DNA of 64,000 nucleotides. It comes from Balanoglossus misakiensis. Taxonomy: Eukaryota; Animalia; Hemichordata. Position numbers and translations under genes: made by a program. The notes below the pieces were generated by a model. That model was not told the origin of the DNA, did no database searches, and saw only the letters and a list, made by a program, of their open reading frames with translations. The stretch covers positions 16,973,028 to 17,037,027 of the forward strand of contig CM082576.2 in assembly GCA_040954595.2 (NCBI GenBank), written 5' to 3'. Of this stretch, positions 1 through 11,456 are shown in pieces; the first letter of the stretch is position 1, and each line of letters begins with the position of its first letter.

Positions 1-773
1 TTGGTAGGCTGAAAGCTTACTTCCTGAGACTGTTTGAGCCAATGACGGGTAAGACCGCTTATGAAGTGGTGACCTAAGACAGGCGACAGTCAGGCTTCAC
101 TTACAAAAAGTGGAAAATATAATAGCTACATTGGTAGGCTGAAAGCTTACTTCCTGAGACTGTTTGAGCCAATGACGGGTAAGACCGCTTATGAAGTGGT
201 GACATAAGACAGGCGACAGTCAGGCTTCACTTACAAAAAGTGGAAAATATAATAGCTACATTGGTAGGCTGAAAGCTTACTCCCTCAGACTGTTTGAGCC
301 AATGGCGGGTAAGACCGCTTATGAAGTGGTGACCTAAGACAGGCGACAGTCAGGCTTCACTTACAAAAAGTGGAAAATATAATAGCTACATTGGTAGGCT
401 GAAAGCTTACTTCCTCAGACTGTTTGAGCCAATGACGGGTAAGACCGCTTATGAAGTGGTGACCTAAGACAGGCGACAGTCTGGCTTCACTTACAAAAAG
501 TGGAAAATATAATAGCTACATTGGTAGGCTGAAAGCTTACTTCCTCAGACTGTTTGAGCCAATGACGGGTAAGACCGCTTATGAAGTGGTGACCTAAGAC
601 AGGCGACAGTCAGGCTTCACTTACAAAAAGTGGAAAATATAATAGCTACATTGGTAGGCTGAAAGCTTACTCCCTGAGACTGTTTGAGCCAATGACGGGT
701 AAGACCGCTTATGAAGTGGTGACCTAAGACAGGCGACAGTCAGGCTTCACTTACAAAAAGTGGAACATATAAT

Positions 774-1565
774 TGTGACCGCCAAAGCTTTTCCGTAATA
801 TTCAAAAGTCAGAGTCGAGTTTCCATATACGGGTCTTCGGTTTATTATCGACTGATTCGAATAGACCGAATAAACCTAGTCTCGAATAGACTAAGACCGA
901 ATGGTATAGACCGAGTAAACCGTAAACCGTGGTACGAATAGTCTTAGACCGTAAAAACTGAAACATAAATACAAATACAGAATGTCAAATCGAAAGAATT
1001 ACATATACGAAAATTGAGAATGATTTCAATCGAAAACAGATATGTGCAAGCAACACAGTTCGATGTACGTGACTGATGTACAAGATGCAGACAACTCGTC
1101 AAAGTCTAATTACAATAAAGTTTCACGAAATACAATTCATATCTGTAAGAATACCGAAAGATATATTACCTCGCTGGCGACTTGTAAAGCCTTGTGGTCG
1201 GGAAGTTTCGAAATACGAACGAAATATCGAAGGGTGCGAAACGAGAGACGAGGGTATACTTCACCGTCCCATAGCGAAGTCGAAAACACGAGGTAAAAAT
1301 GTGCAGTGATATGACAATCGTAGATGGACTACTTGTAAAACTTTTGGGCGAAATATGGTTTGTCGATGTGTTCACAATGACCTTCAAAGGTACACATAAA
1401 GTCACAATATCTTTCTCTGTGAAAATTAAAAGTCTACAATATCGACACTCGTAACAAAAAGGGAACTATTTTTATGGAGTAAGGTTTTAAAGCAACAAAC
1501 TGTTCGTGCATATCCCTCATTATTAAAATACGAAATTCCTTTGTTTTTGCATGGCTTCAGCCACA
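774..1565 (-). repeat. 3' LTR of the BEL element (792 bp; 128-bp internal deletion relative to the 5' LTR)
   Basis: Runs TGTGACCGCC...CAGCCACA and matches 8447-9366 except for the deletion after ~851 and about 7 substitutions. Minus-strand AATAAA at 841-846. Confidence 0.95.
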
Positions 1566-1574
1566 CTCCCCCCT
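1566..1574 (-). other. Polypurine tract (AGGGGGGAG) of the BEL element
   Basis: Plus-strand CTCCCCCCT directly abuts the 3' LTR, which fixes the minus orientation. Confidence 0.85.
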
Positions 1575-1670
1575 AAAATCACATTGATTTTACCTAATCG
1601 AAACACTGAAAACAACTACCAAATATGTCCAAGCTATTTCTCAGCTCTCCCCTGTGTTGCTGAGTAAAAC

Positions 1671-2969
1671 TTACCTTAGCATTTTTTCTGCTTCGGGATT
1701 TTCTACCAATAATACAAGCTTAGGCCTTTCTAAAATTGTTGCCTTGTCTACTTTCTTACCTTGTCCTTGTTTCGAGAGGTTGGGATCACCCACAAGGATA
1801 GTGACTCTACGTATCAAGCAATCATCATCGCGCAAAGTGTCTATCACTTTTGCAAGTCTCCACTGATTTCTCACAGTGTCATCTTCCTTCAGAAGTACAA
1901 TATCTCCAACTTCAGGGTTTCTCTTCGTTTCCTGCCACTTCTGTCTGGCCTGTAGATTCTGTAAGTATTCCTTACGCCATCTTGTCCAGAACTCGTTCGC
2001 AAGATACTGAACAGCACGCCATCGTTTCTTGGCATACAGATCTTCTCTGACGAAGTTGCCTGGTGGTGGCAAAATCACATCCGATTTCATAGTCAGCAGC
2101 TGATTTGGAGTAAGAGGCATCGGTCCAGTAGGGTCGTTCAAGTTTTCTGCTGATAAGGGTCGACTATTCACGATCGCCATTGCTTCGTACATCAGAGTAC
2201 GAAGAGACGAAGTGTTCAATCTGGATCCCATTTTTTCCAGAATTCCTGCGAGAACATTTCTAACAGACCGTATTTGACGTTCCCAAACACCTCCCATATG
2301 ACTCGAGGAGGGTGAATTGAAAACAAATTCACACTGTCGTTTGGACAACACATCTTTGATTCTTTCTTCGTCGAGAGCTTGCAATCCAAGCTGAAGCTCA
2401 TTCCTGGCTCCTATGAAATTGGATCCCCGATCACAATGCAAGTGTCGTACGGGTCCTCTGATAGCGATGAATGTGCGAAGCGAATTCAGAAATGCATCGG
2501 TTGACATTTCTTCGACAACCTCTATGTGTATGGCTCGAAGCGCTAGGCAAGTGAAAATGACACCATATCGTTTCACATCACTGCGGCGTTCCTTGACGAC
2601 GAAAGGTCCAAAGCAGTCCATTCCACAATAGGTAAATGGCGGCGATGGCTCGAGACGATCTTTGGGCAAATCTGCCATTCTCTGTGTGTTGGCCTTGCCT
2701 CTGAGTTTCCTACACTGAACGCACTTGTGTATATACGAAGCGACTGCTGCGTTGCAGTTGATGATCCAGAATCCACACGATCTGAGTTTGTTCACTGTGA
2801 TACCACGTCCCTGGTGGGCCACTTGCTCATGACACCATCTGATAAGCAGTGTAGTCACGTGACTCTTTCGAGGTAGAATAATAGGGTGCTTGACATAGTC
2901 AGGCATGGAGGATCTACTCAGTCTGCCTCCAACTCTGAGTATCTGCTGATCATCTAGGTATGGGTTCAA
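1671..2969 (-). CDS. BEL pol C-terminal part: integrase (H2C2 zinc finger, DDE core, C-terminal domain), separated from upstream pol by a frameshift
   Basis: Motifs HEQVAH...CVQC, GMDCFGPF, CDRGSNF, GGVWERQI and FWTRWRKEYL...WRLAKV are typical of BEL/Pao integrases. Confidence 0.9.
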   Translation of the reverse strand: MNPYLDDQQILRVGGRLSRSSMPDYVKHPIILPRKSHVTTLLIRWCHEQVAHQGRGITVNKLRSCGFWIINCNAAVASYIHKCVQCRKLRGKANTQRMADLPKDRLEPSPPFTYCGMDCFGPFVVKERRSDVKRYGVIFTCLALRAIHIEVVEEMSTDAFLNSLRTFIAIRGPVRHLHCDRGSNFIGARNELQLGLQALDEERIKDVLSKRQCEFVFNSPSSSHMGGVWERQIRSVRNVLAGILEKMGSRLNTSSLRTLMYEAMAIVNSRPLSAENLNDPTGPMPLTPNQLLTMKSDVILPPPGNFVREDLYAKKRWRAVQYLANEFWTRWRKEYLQNLQARQKWQETKRNPEVGDIVLLKEDDTVRNQWRLAKVIDTLRDDDCLIRRVTILVGDPNLSKQGQGKKVDKATILERPKLVLLVENPEAEKMLR

Positions 2970-5900
2970 TGGGTACAGGTGGCGTTACGTTTCACCATTG
3001 AGGGTTCACTGTCTTCTGAGGTGCGACATTTCAATGACTCTATTTCTTCTTTGAAAGCTTCCTGTTGGGCCCATGCCACGATGGCCATGGTAGCTTTCTG
3101 TCTTGTTTCTCCGGAAGCGATTTCCTTTCGCTTTCCCTTCCCGGATACATAGCGATACAAGGTGGCGAATGCTCCTACAACCTTGTTCCAATCCGAAAAT
3201 CGCTCTACACGATGTAACATGGATGTCGTTGCAGTCGAGGAAGTCATCAATGTTCTGGTATTCGTTACCTCGGGGTCATCTGCTGACACCTGTGCATCTA
3301 CCCGAGTGGACAGAGGAAGCTCTTTGTCCCACAAAAAGGCAGGACCTCTAAACCAATTGGATTTCATCAGTCCATCAACGCCGAGTCCACGAGATGCATG
3401 ATCTGCAGGGTTCTCCTCAGTGTGGATATAGCGCCACTGCTCTGGCTGAGATGATTCTTTAATTCTTTGTATGCGATTCGCGACATATATGTGGAAGCGA
3501 CGAGCATCATTTCCTATGTAGCCGAGTACCACTTTCGAGTCTGTCCAGTAGAAGTTCTCCATCACTGGGTAATCTAACTCTTTGTTCAGTAGATTGCTGA
3601 CCTGTATAGAGACAACAGCAGCTTGAAGGTCCAATCGAGGAACAGTAATGGGTTTCAAAGGGGCGACTCTAGCCTTTCCCATCACGAGCGAACAATGAAT
3701 ATTATCTAGACTGTCGACTAGTCTGATATACGAACACTGACCATAACCTGTCAGGCTGGCATCCGAGAAGTGGTGAAGCTCAACTTTCTTCACTGGTCCG
3801 AAATGTTGCGGCTTGAAGCATCTTCTTATCTTCAAGTCGTCTAGCTTGGGCAACTCAGCAAGCCATGATTCCCACCTCGGACGTAAATCGTCTGGCAAGG
3901 GATCATCCCAATCGGTTCCTTTCTTGCACATCTCTTGCAAGATCCGTTTTCCTCGAAGTACGAAAGGTGCGAGAAATCCGAGAGGATCGAAAACGGATGC
4001 TACTGCCGAAAGTATTCCACGACGAGAAGGCAAGTGCATCTTGACGATAGGCGAAAAATGGAACGAGTCTGACTCAACGCGCCACTCGATTCCAAGTGCT
4101 CTTTCGATAGGTAGCTCACTGAACGACAAATCCAAATCCTTGACGTTCTTGGCACGCTCTGTAATAGGGACAGATTCCATCGTAGTTCTGTCATTCGATA
4201 TGAACTTGTGCAGACGTAAATTTCCTTCTGCGCAAAGGTTGCGAACATCCTGTATAAGTTGGACAGCCTCTGATGCCGTCTCGAGACTATGGAGACCATC
4301 ATCAACATAGAAATTCTTTGCGACGAAATCTACTGCACTCTTTCCATGTTGTGGGTTGTCTTTGGCCACTTGTCGAAGTCCGTAGTTCGCGCATCCCGGC
4401 GAGGACACAGCGCCGAATAGGTGAACATTCATTCTGTAAGTAACTGGTTCCGAGTCGACATTACCATCTCTCCACCAAAGGAATCGGAGATAGTTTCTGT
4501 CATCTTTCTTGACTCTAAATCTGTGGAACATTCGCTCGATGTCACACATGACTGCGATGTTCTCTTTGCGAAAACGACAAAGTACACCGATGAGGGAATT
4601 TATCTGATCCGGTCCCTGCAACAAATGATCGTTGAGGCTCGTTCCCTTGAACCTTGCACTACAATCGAACACGACACGAATCTTGTCTGGTTTTTTAGGG
4701 TGATACACCCCATGGCGTGGAATATACCACATCGATCCATCATGTGTATTCTTGTCGTCGACCAGTTCCGCATCTCCTGACGCGATAATGTCTTCCATGA
4801 AGTTTCTGTAGTCGTTCAGATACTTTGTGTTTGACTTGAAGCGCCTTTTCAAGTACTGAAGTCTCTGCTGCGCTATACATCTGTTGTTTGGGAGCGCTGG
4901 TCTATCTTGTCTGAATGGAAGTGGCATTGTATAGAATCCATCTGGTTCTTTCGAAATACCATTTTCCATGATCTTCATAAATCGAATGTCGTCCTGAGAC
5001 ATGGCGGTTTCTTCAACTCTTTGTTCGTTGAAGTCCAATTCGAGAATTCTCACCACGTCCAAAGGGTTGAGAACTTGCTCCTTGGCTGAAGTCTTAAAGG
5101 CATAACGAACTGCCGACAAATGAGACTCTTCCATACGAAGTCTCTGCTGACTGTCTACACCTGGTTGTAGACCGTCTGGTATCACCTTTGTAAGTACTCT
5201 ATGGGTAAAACTGAAGACATCTTCCCTTTCATCTCGATGTGTAAGATGTCCGACGATGCTCCATCCCAAGTCTGTCTCTACTGCGAATGGCTGATTTCCA
5301 CTGCCTGTGACACAGCTACAAGGTGCTAGGGCTTGGGGACAATCATAACCTATCAACAGACCAACTTCACATTTCTGTTGAGGATGAATACGAGTAGCGA
5401 TTTCTCTAAGATGAGGCCACCCATTGGCCATATCACGAGTGGGTATGTGCGATTTTTCCACTGGTATGTAATCAAGCGAATACGTAGTGGGCAACGGAAC
5501 TATTTTGTCACAGTCAAACCCGCGAACTCTGAGTTTGCGATACTTGTGACAGGCAACAACCTTGTTGCTCGTTGTCATGGTTGTCATACGAAGGTTTGCT
5601 GGCTCAGATGCTGTATATAGCTGTTCAGCGACATGATCCAACACGAAAGTAGTATCTGACTGTGTGTCCAACAGCGCGTACACTAGAATCTCTCTGTTCG
5701 GTTCTTCGAATCCAGAAATCCATACTGGAACGATCATCGACGAAATAGACTTTCCTCGTGGGCAAGTCACACCATAGCAGTCCGCTTTCTTCGTTTCAGG
5801 TGTGGTTTCTTTTCTGTGGTCTCGCACTGGAGACTGAACAGTGCTCATGGTTTCGTTCATGGACGAGTTAAATGTCCTCGGCTGAACAATTTTTTCGTCG

Positions 5901-6103
5901 GAATGCAGACTGGTGGAATGTTTTCTTACTGCATTTCCTGCAAACGCCACGGGATTTGCAGTTCTTTGAGATGTGCCCCGTGTTAAGACATCCGCAGCAG
6001 TAACCGCCCTTTCGAACAAATTCCTGTCTTTCAGACATAGGCGTGGAAGCAAAGCTATAACATTCCTGTATAGCATGCCCAGTCTTTTTCGCAGAAAACA
6101 CAC
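2966..6103 (-). CDS. BEL pol: aspartic protease, reverse transcriptase, RNase H
   Basis: Protease YALLDTQSDTTF. RT motifs KIRVVFDCSA, SLNDHLLQGP, HLFGAVSSP, NFYVDDGL. RNase H motifs LHHFSDAS, WTDSKVVL, NPADHASRG. The first ~70 aa of the ORF are out of frame with gag. Confidence 0.92.
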   Translation of the reverse strand: MCFLRKRLGMLYRNVIALLPRLCLKDRNLFERAVTAADVLTRGTSQRTANPVAFAGNAVRKHSTSLHSDEKIVQPRTFNSSMNETMSTVQSPVRDHRKETTPETKKADCYGVTCPRGKSISSMIVPVWISGFEEPNREILVYALLDTQSDTTFVLDHVAEQLYTASEPANLRMTTMTTSNKVVACHKYRKLRVRGFDCDKIVPLPTTYSLDYIPVEKSHIPTRDMANGWPHLREIATRIHPQQKCEVGLLIGYDCPQALAPCSCVTGSGNQPFAVETDLGWSIVGHLTHRDEREDVFSFTHRVLTKVIPDGLQPGVDSQQRLRMEESHLSAVRYAFKTSAKEQVLNPLDVVRILELDFNEQRVEETAMSQDDIRFMKIMENGISKEPDGFYTMPLPFRQDRPALPNNRCIAQQRLQYLKRRFKSNTKYLNDYRNFMEDIIASGDAELVDDKNTHDGSMWYIPRHGVYHPKKPDKIRVVFDCSARFKGTSLNDHLLQGPDQINSLIGVLCRFRKENIAVMCDIERMFHRFRVKKDDRNYLRFLWWRDGNVDSEPVTYRMNVHLFGAVSSPGCANYGLRQVAKDNPQHGKSAVDFVAKNFYVDDGLHSLETASEAVQLIQDVRNLCAEGNLRLHKFISNDRTTMESVPITERAKNVKDLDLSFSELPIERALGIEWRVESDSFHFSPIVKMHLPSRRGILSAVASVFDPLGFLAPFVLRGKRILQEMCKKGTDWDDPLPDDLRPRWESWLAELPKLDDLKIRRCFKPQHFGPVKKVELHHFSDASLTGYGQCSYIRLVDSLDNIHCSLVMGKARVAPLKPITVPRLDLQAAVVSIQVSNLLNKELDYPVMENFYWTDSKVVLGYIGNDARRFHIYVANRIQRIKESSQPEQWRYIHTEENPADHASRGLGVDGLMKSNWFRGPAFLWDKELPLSTRVDAQVSADDPEVTNTRTLMTSSTATTSMLHRVERFSDWNKVVGAFATLYRYVSGKGKRKEIASGETRQKATMAIVAWAQQEAFKEEIESLKCRTSEDSEPSMVKRNATCTH

Positions 6104-7775
6104 GACTGGTTTACCGCCCCTGGTTTTGCTGTGGTCGAGAGCGTACGTGCACCTGGGTTGCGCCTCCTGGTGCTGGTCGGAGTTTTCTCCGGGTCTCTGT
6201 CCGTTGGTGACCTCAGCGAGCCGATTAAGGTCAATGGGTCACATGCAATATCTGCCTCTTCCATCATGAAGCAGACAAATCTTTCGAATGGGGGGTATGC
6301 GTTCGTAGCCTTTTTTATTTTTGCTACGATCCTGCTCCATCTGTTTACGAGCCAGTCCGGTAACTTCTGGAGCATTTTCCTATTTTCGTGGATATCGTTC
6401 AGCACTGCGAGGTCTGGGATATCCTTCATCGCAATCCGGCATTGTTTCAAGAAGTCTGCGAACTTTCGCAATGCCTTCCCGTCCTTGCCGGAGATTCTCG
6501 GCCATCTTTCGATTTTTTCTCTAAAGGCCTCTGTTACGGCGAAAGAATTACCGTATCGTTCTTAAAGAATGGTTCTTGCCTCTTCATATGCTCCTTCACT
6601 TCGGAGAAAGAAGCATCCGGCGACTGCTTCCTTAGCAGGTCCACCCGAATACTTCTTCAGGTGATGGATTCTTTCGATTGGTGGGACCCCTCGTGATTCA
6701 ACTAAGGTGGTAAAAGAAGATATCCAATCTGGATAAGAAAGTGGGTCTCCCATGAATATTGGTGGTTCGGGTGTAGCAAGTCTGCTCAAGGACACAGATG
6801 TTGCCAAGGCTTCTGTCAATACCTTGAGGTCTTCTCTGTTCTCTGATGGGCGATATTTATTTGCTGTTGCACGTAGTGTATAATCTTGTCGTTTCGGTTG
6901 CGACGTCGACGGCTTGGTAGTCGGCGGGGTGACTGGTTCTGTTTTTACAGTACGCGCGGGAATATGAGCAGCTGGTGTCGACTGGCTGATCGGTTCCGTC
7001 TTCACGATAGGCAACTCGCTCGTCACCGGTGGAAACACAGTCTTCGCTAATGGCAGGTTGTCGAGTAGTTCTTCTCTTTCACAAGCAGCTATCTTCGCTT
7101 TCTCCACATGTAGTTCTCCTACTAATTTCTGCCCTGTTCCAATTCCTCTTCATGTGCTGTCTCTTCATGTTTTGCCTCGATTTCCGCCTGTAGGGCAGCT
7201 GCCCTGACAGCAGCGTTTCTCCGTACTGATGACGTACTGGAAGAGCTGGATCGTTTGGATGACCTAGAGCTCGACTTTGTGTGATGTGAAGGCACGGATC
7301 CGAATGAAACTGAGCTATGAGCATCGGCTCGCGCAATCAGTCGCTGTGCATAATTGATGACACTATCCACGCGCAAATTCAAACGATCGACGGCTTTCAA
7401 TACATCCTCTAAGGGGGTGTCCGACACGGCGCGTATCTGATCATGAATTTCAATCAAAGCAGTGCGCTCGCGCTCTATTTCTTTCGAAACAGTATATACG
7501 TTTTCCACAGACTCTTTGTCGAATATGTCAGGGTTGTTCACAAATGAAAACAACTGATTGTTGGTACGCCAGAACTGCTTCTCCAAATCAATTAACTTAC
7601 CTTCCCTAGCTTTCTCAGTAAGCTTGGGTACTCGTTCTCATCTGCGTAATGTGTACACATTTTCATCCATTTCAGTTTCATGAATCTCTGTTTTTGTTAC
7701 AATTTGATCTGTTTCATCAAGCTTACCTTGATCATCAGCGGTTGGCACTGATTCCAGTGTGTCCTTTTCGGCCAT
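5868..7775 (-). pseudogene. BEL gag region fragmented by frameshifts and stops
   Basis: Pieces 7122-7586, 6562-7107 (PEPPIFMGDPLSYPDWISSF), 6055-6471 (MLQKLPDWLVNRW...CVFC) and 5868-6101 (CCGCLNTGHISKNC, CRKCSKK). Probable ATG at 7775. Confidence 0.8.
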
Positions 7776-8446
7776 AGTTGAACTTGGGTGAACACAACTA
7801 GAGAGCTGAAACAATCACTGTGACTATTCAGAGCAGATACAAAATTAGAAATCTAAACCCGAGGGAGTAACACAAGCAATTTGATGCCGGGTACTGACAG
7901 TGAAAAATTTCAAACACTTTGACAAATACAAAACTGTGTGAGTTTCAACAAAGGAGACTCTTTGTATCGCAAAGGCTGATACGAGTGACACTAATGTGCA
8001 CAATTTGGGGACATTGATAAAACTTAATGTTCAAATCACACATGCACACAAGCCAAAATGACAATGAGGAAATGTGCTCAGAGTTCAAAGTTCAATATTA
8101 ATGTTCAAAGTCAATGTTCAATATTCTGTCCTAATTCCGAAGGAGAGTGTCCAGAATGTTCAATCTGCTGCTTCTGTTAACAGTCGCTGAACATCTTCAC
8201 TCTTCCCTGCAGTCTGTAGTCTTCATGGGTTGATTCAACAGTAGGGTAATAGGCGAATACTGGCTGAACCATGTAAAGGCGCCCTCGACAACGAGTCTTC
8301 GGCTGAACCTATGACGTCACACACAACTATGTAGGACGACGATTTCACCTCCAGATCGAACAGCAATAAAATCGTTGAAAGACTTATACGTCCGTTCCGA
8401 GTTCTGTTTCGAAGGTCTGAGTTCCTACTCGCGCTCGAGTTTTTAC

Positions 8447-9366
8447 TGTGACCGCCAAAGCTTTTCCGTAATATTCAAAAGTCAGAGTCGAGTTTCTATA
8501 TACGGGTCTTCGGTTTATTATCGATAAATCGATCGAGCGATCGCCGAATGCGACCGTACGAGACTGTACACAATAGTCGAAAGACTTCGAAAGACGAGAT
8601 GTGCGCAGACCTCGATGCGAATACGCCAAATAGACCTCGAGAATGACCGAGACTGATTCGAATAGACCGAATAAACCTAGTCTCGAATAGACTAAGACCG
8701 AATGGTATAGACCGAGTAAACCGTAAACCGTGGTACGAATAGTCTTAGACCGTAAAAACTGAAACATAAATACAAATACAGAATGTCAAATCGAAAGAAT
8801 TACATATACGAAAATCGAGAATGATTTCAATCGAAAACAGATATGTGCAAGCAACACAGTTCGATGTACGTGACTGATGTACAAGATGCAGACAACTCGT
8901 CAAAGTCTAATTACAATAAAGTTTCACGAAATACAATTCATATCTGTAAGAATACGGAAAGATATATTACCTCGCTGGCGACTTGTAAAGCCTTGTGGTC
9001 GGGAAGTTTCGAAATACGAACAAAATATCGAAGGGTGCGAAACGAGAGACGAGGGTGTACTTCACCGTCTCATAGCGAAGTCGAAAACACGAGGTAAAAA
9101 TGTGCAGTGATATGACAATCGTAGATGGACTACTTGTAAAACTTTTGGGCGAAATATGGTTTGTCGATGTGTTCACAATGACCTTCAAAGGTACACATAA
9201 AGTCACAATATCTTTCTCTGTGAAAATTAAAAGTCTACAATATCGAAACTCGTAACAAAAAGGGAACTATTTTTATGGAGTAAGGTTTTAAAGCAACAAA
9301 CTGTTCGTGCATATCCCTCATTATTAAAATACGAAATTCCTTTGTTTTTGCATGGCTTCAGCCACA
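8447..9366 (-). repeat. 5' LTR of the BEL element (920 bp)
   Basis: TG...CA termini. Followed on the plus strand by TSD ATAAT and resumption of the satellite in phase. Confidence 0.95.
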
Positions 9367-9891
9367 ATAATAGCTACATTGGTAGGCTGAAAGCTTACTT
9401 CCTCAGACTGTTTGAGCCAATGACGGGTAAGACCGCTTATGAAGTGGTGACCTAAGACAGGCGACAGTCAGGCTTCACTTACAAAAAGTGGAAAATATAA
9501 TAGCTACATTGCTAGGCTGAAAGCTTACTTCCTCAGACTGTTTGAGCCAATGACGGGTAAGACCGCTTATGAAGTGGTGACCTAAGACAGGCGACAGTCT
9601 GGCTTCACTTACAAAGAGTGGAAAATATAATAGCTACATTGGTAGGCTGAAAGCTTACTCCCTGAGACTGTTTGAGCCAATGACGGGTAAGACCGCTTAT
9701 GAAGTGGTGACCTAAGACAGGCGACAGTCAGGCTTCACTTACAAAAAGTGGAAAATATAATAGCTACATTGGTAGGCTGAAAGCTTACTCCCTGAGACTG
9801 TTTGAGCCAATGACGGGTAAGACCGCTTATGAAGTGGTGACCTAAGACAGGCGACAGTCAGGCTTCACTTACAAAAAGTGGAACATATAAT

Positions 9892-10800
9892 TGTGACCGC
9901 CAAAGCTTTTCCGTAATATTCAAAAGTCAGAGTCGAGTTTCCATATACGGGTCTTCGGTTTATTATCGATAAATCGATCGAGCGATCGCCGAATGCGACC
10001 GTACGAGACTGTACACAATAGTCGAAAGACGAGATGTGCGCAGACCTCGATGCGAATAGGCCAAATAGACCTCGAGAATGACCGAGACTGATTCGAATAG
10101 ATCTAATAAACCTAGTCTCGAATAGACTAAGACCGAATGGTATAGACCGAGTAAACCGTAAACCGTGGTACGAATAGTCTTAGACCGTAAAAACTGAAAC
10201 ATAAATACAAATACAGAATGTAAAATCGAAAGAATTACATATACAAAATCGAGAATGATTTCAATCGAAAACAGATATGTGCAAGCAACACAGTTCGATG
10301 TACGTGACTGATGTACAAGATGCAGACAACTCGTCAAAGTCTAATTACAATAAAGTTTCACGAAATACAATTCATATCTGTAAGAATACCGAAAGATATA
10401 TTACCTCGCTGGCGACTTGTAAAGCCTTGTGGTCGGGAAGTTTCGAAATACGAACGAAATATCGAAGGGTGCGAAACGAGAGACGAGGGTGTACTTCACC
10501 GTCCCATAGCGAAGTCGAAAACACGAGGTAAAAATGTGCAGTGATATGACAATCGTAGATGGACTACTTGTAAAACTTTTGGGCGAAATATGGTTTGTCG
10601 ATGTGTTCACAATGACCTTCAAAGGTACACATAAAGTCACAATATCTTTCTCTGTGAAAATTAAAAGTCTACAATATCGAAACTCGTAACAAAAAGGGAA
10701 CTATTTTTATGGAGTAAGGTTTTAAAGCAACAAACTGTTCGTGCATATCCCTCATTATTAAAATACGAAATTCCTTTGTTTTTGCATGGCTTCAGCCACA
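9892..10800 (-). mobile_element. Solo LTR of the same BEL family (909 bp)
   Basis: Complete LTR flanked by ATAAT at 9887-9891 and 10801-10805, with no internal sequence. Confidence 0.95.
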
Positions 10801-11456
10801 ATAATAGCTACATTGGTAGGCTGAAAGCTTACTTCCTCAGACTGTTTGAGCCAATGACGGGTAAGACCGCTTATGAAGTGGTGACCTAAGACAGGTGACA
10901 GTCAGGCTTCACTTACAAAAAGTGGAAAATATAATAGCTACATTGCTAGGCTGAAAGCTTACTTCCTCAGACTGTTTGAGCCAATGACGGGTAAGACCGC
11001 TTATGAAGTGGTGACCTAAGACAGGCGACAGTCAGGCTTCACTTACAAAAAGTGGAAAATATAATAGCTACATTGGTAGGCTGAAAGCTTACTCCCTGAG
11101 ACTGTTTGAGCCAATGACGGGTAAGACCGCTTATGAAGTGGTGACCTAAGACAGGCGACAGTCAGGCTTTACTTACAAAAAGTGGAAAATATAATAGCTA
11201 CATTGGTAGGCTGAAAGCTTACTCCCTGAGACTGTTTGAGCCAATGACGGGTAAGACCGCTTATGAAGTGGTGACCTAAGACAGGCGACAGTCAGGCTTC
11301 ACTTACAAAAAGTGGAAAATATAATAGCTACATTGGTAGGCTGAAAGCTTACTTCCTGAGACTGTTTGAGCCAATAACGGGTAAGACCGCTTATGAAGTG
11401 GTGACCTAAGACAGGCGACAGTCAGGCTTCACTTACAAAAAGTGGAAAATATAATA

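Larger units (their letters stand above)
774..9366 (-). mobile_element. Full-length BEL/Pao LTR retrotransposon, coding region disrupted
   Basis: Two TG...CA LTRs (774-1565 and 8447-9366). 5-bp TSD ATAAT at 769-773 and 9367-9371. Polypurine tract next to the left LTR. Domain order gag-PR-RT-RNaseH-integrase, with three Cys/His knuckles in gag, is the BEL/Pao arrangement. Confidence 0.96.

Noticed and set aside
841-860. 128-bp LTR deletion being close to the 130-bp satellite period
   Set aside because: The lengths are not equal, there is only a GA microhomology, and it is a single event; likely coincidence.
1042-1405. Short ORFs repeated at 8843-9206 and 10277-10640
   Set aside because: They lie inside the LTRs, recur only because the LTR recurs, and have no protein motifs.
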